Source: Camelus dromedarius (Eukaryota). From it: a stretch of 64,000 nt of DNA. Positions within the stretch are counted from its first letter, which is position 1. Each line of letters opens with the position of its first letter. The stretch is from positions 57,598,001-57,662,000 of the forward strand of contig NC_087446.1 in NCBI RefSeq assembly GCF_036321535.1. The letters are read 5' to 3'. The position numbers and the translations under genes were made by a program. This document shows positions 13,461-25,113 of the stretch, in pieces. The notes under the pieces were generated by a model. The model made no database searches and was not told the DNA's origin. It worked only from the letters and a program-made list of their open reading frames with translations.

Positions 13461-15494
13461 CAAAACTGGTACTGTGGGAGGTTACTGGTTAATGCATTAT
13501 TGAAATTAAGATGAAAAGGGGACGTATCTAAATGTCAATGGAAGATATATAACATTAGAGACTTTATGTTATCAGCCAGCTTCAGGAATTGGTCTTCGTG
13601 GTCTTATAGATCATTTACTGAAGGAATTGGCTAAATACGTTTTTTTTTTTTAGGACAAAAGAGGCTTAAAAATGGTAAGTGTCTTCAAAACCTTTACAAG
13701 GGACATTCTGATAGTAAATCTTTACCAAAAAAAAAAAAAAATAGACTTTTACAATTTCACATATGCCCAACACTTGTTCTTCCTCTGTCTTTTTTCCATT
13801 GAGTTGAAATGACAGCTTCTTCTAAAAAAAAGAAGTTTCCTGCTGTGTGTGCCTGGAACAGCAAATATATCTTTCTTCTAAAAAGTGAAGTTTGGGTTTA
13901 ATATTTCTAGTATGCGTTGGAGGCTTTCTTACCAAAGTAGTTGGAAATTTTAAAAATATTAGTGAAATAAGAACTCTGAAGATAAAATGAATAAGATTTA
14001 CATACACCGTATTTTATTAATTTATAGATCAGCCTGTTAATTATAAAAAGATTACCAATTTTCCATTCATGAGATGCTCATTGTTTTTGGTCAATTCTCA
14101 AACTGGAGAAATCACGTGAGGATAGATGATTCTAGCCATTCAAATTTCTACTTAAGACGGGGTATAGCATAAATGCTATGTGTGTCACTGGCTTTCATAT
14201 AACAAAAACAAATATTTGTAACAATGCTCAGTTCATTAGGAACAGAATTATGACCTGGCTTTGCCTTTTTCCAATCACTGTTTAATCTTGCTCGTTTGAG
14301 TCCTCCTTTCATAGCCCTGGACTATCTCTGTCAGTTTCTGTAACTTTCAGATATCTTTTAATTATTGAAATTTAGTAAACTGAAATTTTGGAAACACATC
14401 TAATTCGAAACTCAGGCAATGCCTAACAGCTTCTAGACCCTGTGTCACCCAGGGAATTAAGTCAGGGGTGAGAGAGAGGAAAAGGGCAAATGTCTTTACT
14501 GGGTGAAACCCAGGTAGTTTACACTGTGGCTCAGTTGTTGATATATGAAGCTATTAGTTTTCCATTTTTCTGGTTCTTTGTTATCTTCCATCAGAGCTTT
14601 GTAATTTTCCTCATATAGATTTTATACATATTTTGTTAAATTTGTATTTCAGTTGGTTATTTTTTAAAGCATTCTCTAATCCACTCCTTTCAAACCTTGC
14701 TTTTAAAGATTGCTACAGTGAACCTCAAAAGTACAGCAATAACTGGATATGACATGGCCCTGACGTTGATGTTCACAGATCCCTCCAAACACTAGTGGAT
14801 ACAAGCAAGATCGGTCTTTAACATGTCATCATTTGAGGCTCCATTCAGGTGGGAGGACTTCAGCTGCCCCAGGTGCCACGTTCAGCAAACATGCAAATGG
14901 AGACCTGTAGTCCAGTTTCACCTTTTAGCAGGCATCCCGCTTCCGACGATGATTCTCTTTGTGGCACCAGCAACACCTTCAATATAATTAGATGTGCTCA
15001 CAGCCCTCCCTTCCATCTAGTGTGAGAAGTGGAAGGCACATCTCCCCAGGAAGCCCAGTCTTACAAGTACAACAATTTCAACCTGCCTCACCCCTCCTCA
15101 GTCAGCCTTATATGCAGGTGGGTGCCTGGAGATGGCTGGGGTGATTTTCCACCTTTTTAGAAAACCCAGTTCTTATTGGCTCATTCTCAGTCTTCTTAAG
15201 AATTTAAAGTTCCTCTCCTTCAGCTGTATCTGCTTCTGAAATTGATAAACAAGTGAAAAAAGCCCCACTCCAGAGCATAAAAGCATAGTTCCAGTGAATA
15301 TAATATCAATTTTTATTACATGACTTTTAAAATGCTTTACTATCTTAAAAAAAATCTTATAGTGATAAATGTCATATCAGGTTTTATCATTTTGGAGGTC
15401 GGTGGAGGTACTGAGTATACTGAAGATTTCTGGTACTGAAAATCCGTGTAGGCCTGGAAGTCATGTCAAGTAGTCTTAACCTGGGGAGCTGTGC

Positions 15495-15559
15495 TGGGCG
15501 TGTCTCCCAGGAGTGGGCGTGTCTCCCAGGAGTGGGCCTGTCTCCCAGGAGTGGGCGTG
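15495..15559. repeat. 19-bp tandem repeat, 3.4 copies (tgggcgtgtctcccaggag)
   Basis: Copies at 15495-15513, 15514-15532, 15533-15551 (one g>c change) plus partial 15552-15559. Confidence 0.95.
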
Positions 15560-16607
15560 CACTAGAAAGCATCTCACTGGTGTCCATGACTTTCTGTTAC
15601 TTAAACTCAGGATCTGTGCACATCTTTCCCCTGCCGTACATTATATAATAGGGCATATTTGAGGTTGCTTTTTTGGATCTTCTCCTCATTCTTCTAAACC
15701 AACAGTCAGTATTGATAGGTCTCTAATGATATGTGTGGAAAATAGTCTTTTAAACTTTTACCTTGGAGAGGAACTGCTTTGAAATTCAATGTGACTAGAA
15801 TAATCAGTTGAACAAAGCAATAAACTGTGCAGAGAATGATAGAAAAATTGAGAGCAAAAACAATCACAATTTTAAAATTAGATAAATAGGGAAAAAAACT
15901 TGAATAGCAGTGTCATATTTTTATAATTGGCCTATATATATATATATAATGTTTATTTCTCTAAAACTTAATTCATATGAAAAACCAAGAAATCAGCAGA
16001 TAAGAGAAAAGGAAGAATCTAGCATTGGACAAAAATTCAGTGTCCCTCACTGGATTTACAAGTTAAATACTTAGAGGCGTATCACAGTGTACATTACTTG
16101 TCAGTATTTATTAGCAGTTGATTATTTCAGATGCCTGATTATTAAGATGTATACAGAGCAGACTAATTAGGAGCATGTACTCCACTTCAGGACTTAAATC
16201 ACAGCATCCTATGTTTGGCACTAAAATGTGTTAATTACTTCATATTCATTTTTAATTTTTTTCTAGAGAAGAACATTTCATTTTCTTTGGTCAAATGGTG
16301 TGAAACATACTAACCTTAATTCCACTACCACTGTAGAAGGGAAAAAATGAATGGTGTCCAGGACCCAGGAGATGCTCAGTACATTTGTTCATTGAATATT
16401 GTTGAACAAGTGATAAATAATTTAAATCATTTAATAAGCAAATGATAGAAAAATGACCCTACCACATAGTTCCCCTGCCTAAACATTGAGAAACATGGAA
16501 CAGATCCAAGGGTCTCTTGGTCGCCATCCTGTAAGTACGTGAATGACGCACCGTGTTGGCAGGGCGATCAGACACCTGGGTGACCTCTCTGTGCGGTAGT
16601 GTGAGGT

Positions 16608-17570
16608 TCAGGCCATTTGTCTGAAAGGGCTCCTTCGTGTTAGTCTCTGAAAGGCTTCCTTCACGTCCTGGTTCCTCAAGGTGTAGATGACGGGATTCAG
16701 AGCGGGCGTGACCACCGTGTACATGAGCGCAGCGGCTTTGTCTGTTTGCGGAGAGTGCGCAGCCTTCGGCTGGAGGCACGCGAACAGGGCGGTGCCATAG
16801 AAGAGAGAAACAACCAGGACGTGAGAGGAGCAAGTGGAGGAAGCTTTGCGTCTGCCGGCGGCCGAAGGGATTCCCAAGATGGTCAGCAGAACGCGCGCGT
16901 AGGAGCACAGGGTGAGCAGGCGGGGACTCATGACGAAGAGCGCGGACACAGCAAACAGCACAGTCTCATTGTGGGACGTGTCAACACAAGCCAGTTTCAC
17001 GACAGGCATGATGTCGCAAAGAAAGTGCTGAATCTCTCCTGTTCCGCAGAAGGGCAGAGTGAAGACCCACGTGGTCTGGGCTGACTCCACCACGACCCCG
17101 GTGGTCCACGATGCTGCGGCCAATTTCAGGCACACGGGAGGGCCCATCAGCAGAGTGTAATGCAGCGGGTGACAGATGGCTACAAAGCGGTCATAAGCCA
17201 TGGCTGCTAGCAGGCAGCACTCTGTCAGTCCCAGGATGGTAAATACGTACATCTGAGCTGCACAGCCTCCCACACTGATGGTCTTGGTCTCCACCAGCAG
17301 GTGCACCAGCATCTGAGGCCCCACGCTGGTGATGTAGCACAGCTCCAGAAAGGAGACGTTGACCAGGAAGAAATACATGGGCGTGTGCAGGGAAGGGGTG
17401 GCCCCGATCAAGCAGATGATGAGGAGGTTCCCTCCCACCGTGAACAAGTAAATGGTTAGGAACACAACAAAGAGCACAGGCTGTAACTCTTCCAGGGAGG
17501 AAAACGCCACAAACGTGAACGTGGTGCAGAGGGACCGGTTTCCACTCATAATCGGCTCAGAGCCAGGCAT
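16608..17570 (-). CDS. Olfactory receptor, family 10, intact ORF of 320 aa from ATG 17570 (313 aa from ATG 17549); possibly the ortholog of human OR10U1P
   Basis: N-glycosylation site NRS, PMYFFL, MAYDRFVAIC, FC...HFLCD...LAC, STCSSH, PALNPVIYTLRN; the ORF track start is a TTG; first ATG follows a cag acceptor. Subfamily assignment is from recalled synteny only. Confidence 0.9.
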   Translation of the reverse strand: MPGSEPIMSGNRSLCTTFTFVAFSSLEELQPVLFVVFLTIYLFTVGGNLLIICLIGATPSLHTPMYFFLVNVSFLELCYITSVGPQMLVHLLVETKTISVGGCAAQMYVFTILGLTECCLLAAMAYDRFVAICHPLHYTLLMGPPVCLKLAAASWTTGVVVESAQTTWVFTLPFCGTGEIQHFLCDIMPVVKLACVDTSHNETVLFAVSALFVMSPRLLTLCSYARVLLTILGIPSAAGRRKASSTCSSHVLVVSLFYGTALFACLQPKAAHSPQTDKAAALMYTVVTPALNPVIYTLRNQDVKEAFQRLTRRSPFRQMA

Positions 17571-18704
17571 CTGTGGCGACAACAGAGAGCGCAGCTAATG
17601 CCTAAAGGAATCCCGTCACCTGGCGCAGGTCTCCATCCGACTCAGAGAAGGGAGCGTTCCTCGGATCAGAGGTCTGACGTGCGACCTACACACTTGGATT
17701 CCTTTTGCTACAGCTTTGGAAATAACTGCCCAATTAAACTGCATGCAAAACTTCTACCTGACCTTGAGTTCTGGATTTTCAGAGAAACAGAGAAAACAAT
17801 GGCGTTAATTTACATAATCTGATTTTTGTTTTTATCTTGATATTCTACTCATATACACAGACTGTGATGTGAGTAATATGTACGAAGGCGTTTCAGTCGT
17901 AAAGGAGCCACATGAAACCTAAGTGAGAAGAGTTAAATACAAAGGTGCTATACCCCGTCCCTCTGGATTCCACAGTTTTCCCTTAGAGCTGCACTTAAGG
18001 GCTTGAAAGGGAAATTTTCTAGCCATTTATCTATTCTTGTTCTTACGTATTTTTACTCATTTTGATTTGACAAAAGTAAGACCATATTTACGCAGCTAAA
18101 ATCTTGGAAACCAAAACTAACAGAATCTACTTTCTACAACCTCAGTGTAATTTTGCAGACAATTTTGAATGGGAGGACATACCTAGAACCACAAGGCAAA
18201 CTTTCTGTTCCTTGTCAGGCTTGTAGACATCCTATAATTCCAAATTATAACATGGTGATGGAACAGGTAGTATTTATATTCTTACTGGAGACCATAGGGA
18301 TTGCATCACCGCACAGTGTAACTATATTTGTCTCAAGGGGAATTTGTTCAAAACAACGATGACATTCAATGGAGATTTGGATTTCATTATTTGAATACAT
18401 TTTTCAGAGGTAATCTTTTGCTTTCAGTTACATCATTTAAATTTCACTGTGTAAAACTAACAGTTTTTAATTGATTTCCATCTTGAAATTTAAATAATTA
18501 TTGAACTGTATGGATATTTGACATAATAATCTTCCTTAAGCTTCTCCAATGGACAGTGACAGCTCAGGTCTTCATGATGTCAATAGACCCAATGCAGGAC
18601 ACAAAGTAGGCTCCATAAAGCCACAGAGAACATTCACCTTATTCATTGTCTATGATTAAATGGTCTGTAGTAGAAATAAATGGGCCTGATCAAGAAAAAA
18701 TAAT

Positions 18705-19433
18705 TTTTTCAGATACTACATATAAGTGATATCATATAGTAGTTGTCTTTCTATGTTTGGCTTACTTTACTTAGCATAATCCCCATGTCCCCACCTCCGA
18801 GTAAATCTATGTTCTCACAAATGGCTGGATTTTCTTCACTTTTTATGGCTGAATAATATTCCTCTTTAACATTGGTCTTGGCAATGATTTTTAGAATATG
18901 AAAAGGCAACGTATAGAATGAGAGAAAGTATCTGCAAACCAATAAGGGTTAATACCCCAAATATATAAAGAACCCATGCAACTCAATAGCAAAAAACAAA
19001 TAATAGTTAAAAAATGAGCAAGGGACCTGGATATACATTTCTCCAAAGAAGATATATAAACGGGCCAAAATGTATATGAAAAGGTGCTGAACATCCCTAA
19101 TTATAAGGGAAATCCAAGTCAAAAGCACCTTGAGATGTCATTCCACATCTGTTAGGATTGTGATTGTTAAAAAGCTAAGAGATACNNNNNNNNNNNNNNN
19201 NNNNNNNNNNNNNNNNNNNNNNNNNNNNNNNNNNNNNNNNNNNNNNNNNNNNNNNNNNNNNNNNNNNNNNNNNNNNNNNNNNNNNNNNNNNNNNNNNNNN
19301 NNNNNNNNNNNNNNNNNNNNNGTGGATATATACCCAAAGGAAACAAAACTATTATTTCAAAGAAATATCTGCACTTCCATGTTCGCTGCAGCATTATTTA
19401 CAGTAGCCAAGATACGAAAACTACCTGTGTCCA
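18705..19433. mobile_element. L1 fragment with internal inversion (3'UTR piece 18705-18861 on minus; ORF2-end piece 18862-19433 on plus)
   Basis: Recognisable L1 text in both orientations meeting at ~18861; contains N gap 19186-19321. Confidence 0.75.
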
Positions 19434-19587
19434 CCTTTGCTGTGTTTTTATAGTAAAATACTAATAAAACAAAACAAAAAGCTGATAACTGCATTTTTCT
19501 AATTTAATCTCCATCTGGATTCTGTGTTGACTATTTCTGAATCTAATTCTGAAACCGGAAAATAATATTAAAAATATAAGATGAGTG

Positions 19588-19801
19588 CAGCTGACCCTTG
19601 AACAACACAGGTTTGAACTGTGCATATCCACTTATATGCATTTTTTCCCCATACATACCTACATGATCCTTGCCTGGTTGAATCCACGGAGGCAGAACCA
19701 CAGCAGAAATGGAAGGCAGACTGTAGTTATACCAGGATTTCTGACTGCTGGCGGGAAGGAGGCGGTGACTGTTCTCCCCTGCGTTGTTCAAGGATCAAGT
19801 G
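19588..19801. mobile_element. TcMar-Tigger non-autonomous element (Tigger2/MER8-like MITE)
   Basis: TIRs cagctgacccttgaacaac and gttgttcaaggatcaagtg; TA at the right end, TG at the left. Confidence 0.8.
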
Positions 19802-20509
19802 TACATGGTTGGATGTAGGATATTTGAAAGTCAAAAGTCCTCTCATGCTGCTTCACATCTGCTTTGACCTGAATAACTTGGTAAAAGGCCACAATATTTG
19901 GTGAAATAATGACTAGGTGAAAATGAGCCCTACTGCAATAACAGCAAAATGTGACTTGCAGATCTCATGACAATTTCTTCCATCCTTCTCTAATCTCATA
20001 GAACATGAGTTTGTAGGTGGTCTTGAAAACCAAAGGCTTAGGATGAAACAGTGGGTCATGGCAACACCGTAGTTTCTAAGGCAAGAAAAGACCATTAAAG
20101 GAAGGCGTGATTAAGTGTGCCAAATATTTATGAGAAGTTGAGAAGAAATAGCTTTGCATTATCTGTTAATTTTTAGCTATACAGTGGCTATTGACAACTC
20201 AGAAAAAGCAATTTTGAAAGAGCAGTAAGAGGACAAACCAGATTCAAGTTATTTATGAATAAACAGAAGTTGAGAAATGAAAAAAATGATGGAAACAACA
20301 TGGAAACATTTGGCCGTGAAAGGGAGGAGAAAGGGTGATTGATACCTAGGGAGAAACAGAAGATGAGACAAGATTATTTAGGTTGTTCTTCACTATGTTT
20401 TCAAGAGAGAACCAGGAGCCTATTTAATAGCCGTTGTGAAGGAGTCATCTCAAAGTCCCTCCCTGTCTCCTCTGTACTTACATTTTGAAAATACAGTAGT
20501 GTAACGTTA

Positions 20510-20788
20510 ATTTTAGGGTTTTAATTGGCCTAATTTCAATATTGTTGTGTCCTGGGGAGCAGGGAGGCCTGTGGAGAGGAGAGGATGGCCGGTCGGTCAG
20601 TGGAGTAGTCACNNNNNNNNNNNNNNNNNNNNNNNNNNNNNNNNNNNNNNNNNNNNNNNNNNNNNNNNNNNNNNNNNNNNNNNNNNNNNNNNNNNNNNNN
20701 NNNNNNNNNNNNNNNNNNNNNNNNNNNNNNNNNNNNNNNNNNNNNNNNNNNNNNNNNNNNNTAATATGTGACAGAGACACAAGGTGAG
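20510..20788 (+). mobile_element. Tigger1 3' fragment
   Basis: ttaattggcctaatttcaatattgttgtgtc...ggccggtcggtcagtggag and tgtgacagagacacaaggtgag match the Tigger1 3' region; interrupted by N gaps. Confidence 0.75.
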
Positions 20789-20919
20789 NNNNNNNNNNNN
20801 NNNNNNNNNNNNNNNNNNNNNNNNNNNNNNNNNNNNNNNNNNNNNNNNNNNNNNNNNNNNNNNNNNNNNNNNNNNNNNNNNNNNNNNNNNNNNNNNNNNN
20901 NNNNNNNNNNNNNNNNNNN

Positions 20920-21080
20920 GCGCTGGATCCCCAGAACTTACTCATCTTATAACTGGAAGTTTATTCCTTTGACTGACATCTCCTCATTCCTCCCACCCCC
21001 AACCCTGCCTCTGGAAACCCTTATTTCTGTTTCTGTTAAGTTTGGCTTTTTTAGATTCCACATATAAGTGAGATCATATC
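20920..21080 (-). mobile_element. L1 3'UTR fragment
   Basis: ccccagaacttactcatcttataactggaagttt...tagattccacatataagtgagatcat is antisense L1 3'UTR. Confidence 0.75.
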
Positions 21081-21205
21081 TTGACTGCAACCTCATTAAA
21101 GGCTGTGAATCAAACTCCCCCAGATAAACTGAATTCCAGAATCACAGAAATTGTGAGGTAATCGACATTTATTACTGAAGTGCCCACAAGATGGCAGTAA
21201 TACAT
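21081..21205 (+). mobile_element. MLT1 (MaLR) LTR 3' fragment
   Basis: ttgactgcaacctc...cacagaaattgtgaggtaat...taataca resembles the MLT1 3' end. Confidence 0.5.
21184..21197 (+). promoter_or_regulatory. CTCF-like motif (predicted, one mismatch)
   Basis: CCACAAGATGGCAG versus CCASYAGRKGGCRS; also contains the YY1-type core AAGATGGC. Confidence 0.35.
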
Positions 21206-22711
21206 AGTCAGTGACTGCATTGTACACTGACTTTAGGAATTAACTTGATAAGGAACTGAACTACTGTAGAGTGCTGATTTGGAAACCTACACAGGGAGCT
21301 GTATTTTATCCGAATTTTGGGGGGAGCAGGTGATATTTATTTAGGAACAGATAAGGCAGAAATAACTCCACTGAAGTTTACTTCCTCTTTGGGTAAGGGA
21401 ATTCTCATGGCCTTCTTATTGAGCTCTGATAAGAACTATTATTTAAAAGTTTTGAAAACCAAACAAAAGCCTGATATGTGAGTCAATAATGCACCATTTT
21501 TATTTGAATTTTCTTGCCTGATATTACAAATCTATCCTTCATATGGTACAGAGTTATTTATTTGGTACAGATATGAATTAAAATAGATCGAATGTATTTG
21601 ATAGCTTTTTCTTTGAAATGATTACAAAAATGATGAAAAGTGATTTGTTTTACTTATTTTAAAGGTATATGTTTCCAACTGAAAATTAAAAAAAAAAGAT
21701 TTTAAACTATTATACCATTGTTACTTAGTTTGCTTGGAAAATAAGTATTAAGAATTTTTTATTCATTTTTCACAAATGCAGGAAGCTTTCCTTTTACTAT
21801 TGCTGAAGGAAGTAAAATTAGAAGTGGTAAAATTTCCTGTTTAGCTATTTGTTGTGTCTCCTGTTCATGTTAGTTTAACCTTAAACTCCCAGGGCCTTTT
21901 CAAGGCTTTCTGCCCCCTGGAGATTTTGTTAGAATTTTTTAGAATCATTCTTGCTGTGCTAATCTGTAACTGTTTTAAACTTATTTTTATTATGAGTTGG
22001 TTCTACAACAAATATATTATAATATAATAAAGAGAGGGACCTCACAGTCTTGTAAGTTCATTACAAAACACTTTAAAGAATAATGCTATGTCTCTGCCTA
22101 CTGAATTAAAATAGCCTTTGAAATTCCAGGGATAAAATATTCTAAGGATTAAAAAAGAAAGAAAAATTGCTTATTTCTTTATAGCATTAACCATGTTAGA
22201 TATATATAGGATATTGCTTTCACGGAAAAATATGTGACTCTTGGTACCGTTTACAACTTTTTCATAGAAACCAAACCAATAGCCAACCTATTTAAGGTAT
22301 AAAACTACAATAAAATACATGCCAATTATCAGCTTAACTTGCTCAGTTTAATCATTTAAATGATTATTATTAGTAAAATATATGTTTAAAATAATAAAAT
22401 TTTTAAAATGAATTAAAAAAATAAAATTTAGAATCATGTAAATCATATTAACTTTCAAGGGCATGGTACAAATTTACTCTATCAGTTTTGGACCAAAATC
22501 TATCCCACCAAAAAATACAAAAACTTTTACAGGGAAATCTAAAATCTATGTTCCTAATAGAGTTGTGGTATATTAATAATTGTAATCCTAAAGGACTGAC
22601 CAGTCTGCCCTACAGACCCACCACAAATATCTATTATTAAGAAATACATATTGAATTGCAGCCACTATGACTTAAAGAAAATGTAAACAGTTCATGAAAA
22701 TTTGATGTTCT

Positions 22712-22773
22712 TTCCCATGAGGTAAAACAGTTGTTTAATTAGCAGTATTCCCTTCTAATAATGTCCCAGGGGT
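22712..22773 (+). promoter_or_regulatory. Candidate OR promoter module (O/E + homeodomain + O/E)
   Basis: TTCCCATGAGG 22712-22722, TTAATTAG 22735-22742, TCCCAGGGGT 22764-22773, between two divergently transcribed OR10 genes. Confidence 0.35.
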
Positions 22774-25113
22774 CACTTCCCCAAAGCCAGTTACATTTTT
22801 AAATATTATTACTAGAATATATCAACCATTTAATGCCAGTGCAAGGCAAATTTGTCTAAGGTATTTGCTTAATTCTGAAGATTTGAGACAAGTCACAGAT
22901 TTCAAGATCAGTTAACCATTCTCACAAAATATTACTTATCTTTTAAAAAATCATTAAATTTCTAATTAAAGAAGAAATACGGGATTTTATTTGGTAAGAT
23001 AGATCCAGATATTTCTTTATGATTTATTTTGTTCCTTGATTTAAAAATAACTAATTCTATCTGTGCTCTGTGTATAGCAAAAACATTTTAAGAATAATAA
23101 ATACGGGATCTTGCTTATATATGAAAAAAGGAATAACTGGATGCTTTACTAAAATAAAAGAAGACAAAAAATAATAGAGCTTTTGTTCTGTCTAGAAAGC
23201 TACAGAATGCTAAGGAAGAGCATATTAAGAAAACAATGGTTGTGTATTTAAGAAATGCTGTGGATTTGAAACTCACAGAGTATTTTAAATTCAGATTTTG
23301 GGCTTATTTGCTCTCTGGTTTTTACTAATTTACATTTTGGGTTGTTAGAAATGCTGTTCTAGTTAGAGAAATTTAATAATGATCTCAGCTTCAGGCTGTA
23401 ACTCCAAATACCGATATAATTGCATTGGTTTTGTAATCATTTTTATGAGAAAACATACATTTGTGAGAAACCTGGTTAGAATGAATGATAAAGTGTATTT
23501 TCTAGAAAATTTTGAAGCTGGTCTACTTCCTGAGAAACATCTCTGGCCTCATTAGGACATAACCAATAAATTAGTGGACTTAAGTAAATGTCATTAAATT
23601 ATTAAAACTCCATGCAACAAGTAAAATGGTACATTCTCTAGAGCTGTGTAGCAATAATGGAAACTCATCTATAGTTTTAAAGGGTTTAAAAAAGACATCA
23701 GCATAAGTCTGTGGTAGTAACTGCAACATCACTGCCAATGCATCTTGTTTTTTAGAGAATATACGCAAAGGAATCAGTAGGTTTTTTTTTGTTTGGTTGG
23801 TGGTTTTTTTTTAAGATATAGAGAGACTGAGAGGGACATTTGGAGGTACATTTCTGTGACACTGTAAAACTCTAGTTCTCCAAACTTTTAATGAATTTAA
23901 ATGTGCCCATGCAAGGTAGAATATGTACAGTGCTAATTATCAAATAAAGAAACTGACAATTTTCTTGGATAACCTTATTCAGATCTCATAGTGGAGACCA
24001 TGGATGGTACACTGTAGAACTTGGTCACTCAAGGACCAGCCATTTAACCTAGCATTGTTTTCTACCACCTTAATTTCAGAATTCTGAGAGGCAGTGGTGG
24101 TGGAGGCATTTCAGGGATATGCTAAAAATCATTGGACTAATACAAAATCTTGATACCTTCATCAGTTCATATATATTATATATATATATGTATTTTCTTT
24201 TTTGCTTAAGACAAATGATGGAGTATTTTTAGAATCACAACAAGTCTGGAATTGTTGCAGAATGCTGGTGAACATGATAATGCATGTGAACCTATTTTTA
24301 AGTTTTGCTAAATATACCAGGAATGATAATAATGTTGTTGCTGCGATTAATGATGATGCGAATAGTATTGAAGTGGGATTTGCAATAGGGGTGAAAGGTA
24401 ATGGTCTCAATCACCGCCACATCTATTACCTGTTATTATGGGGCACTAGCAGCATGGATGTCTGGGATCACCAGAGTTCTTTTCCGTATGCTATGGAGGA
24501 TATTGGGTTGAGAATTTACCATAAACAAAATGGATAAGTGAGATACTACCAAAGCACATATATCTTTGAAGTAGAATGAATACAGAAGGGTCATTTGTTT
24601 CAGAATAGATCTATAGACTGTGAGTTTTCAACTCCTTATATGCAGAGGGGAAATCTATTTTAAATATCTTTTGACTTTAAAATAAAGTAGTTAAGTTCTT
24701 TTAAATTAAATTTGAAAAACATCTTATAAAATAATTGATCCAATACCTACCTAATCCCAAATATTTGAAAAAAATGAAACATTGTGCAGCTCAGCTCCAA
24801 TGTGGCATTAGGAATAACTGTTTTCCAACTGATGTTTTTGTGATTGCTAATGTTTGATATGCTATTGCTCAGGAAGATCTGTACAGAAAATATTTATATC
24901 ATTGTACTTATGATCAAAATAGCCTACTCTAAATAAGATACAGTGTTTGAGATCATAATAATTGAATGAGTAATTTCATGATTGGATTTTTATTGGACAC
25001 ACAAGAGTAAGGGACTAGTTCCCACTTGTGACCATGCAGATCTGGAGAAAACGGACAGTCTGTTGAGAGTTTAGCTAAATTACTTCATAATACTACTCAT
25101 TCAGTATCCATTT

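Noticed and set aside
15495-15559. Direct repeats as a CRISPR-like array
   Set aside because: No spacers between units and a mammalian context; it is a minisatellite
16459-17084. ORFs 16459..16908 (-) and 16746..17084 (+) overlapping the OR10 gene
   Set aside because: Alternative-frame and antisense ORFs expected in a GC-rich, stop-poor coding region; no recognisable protein
19130-21067. ORFs spanning X runs (also 42056-42876)
   Set aside because: Artefacts of translating N gaps
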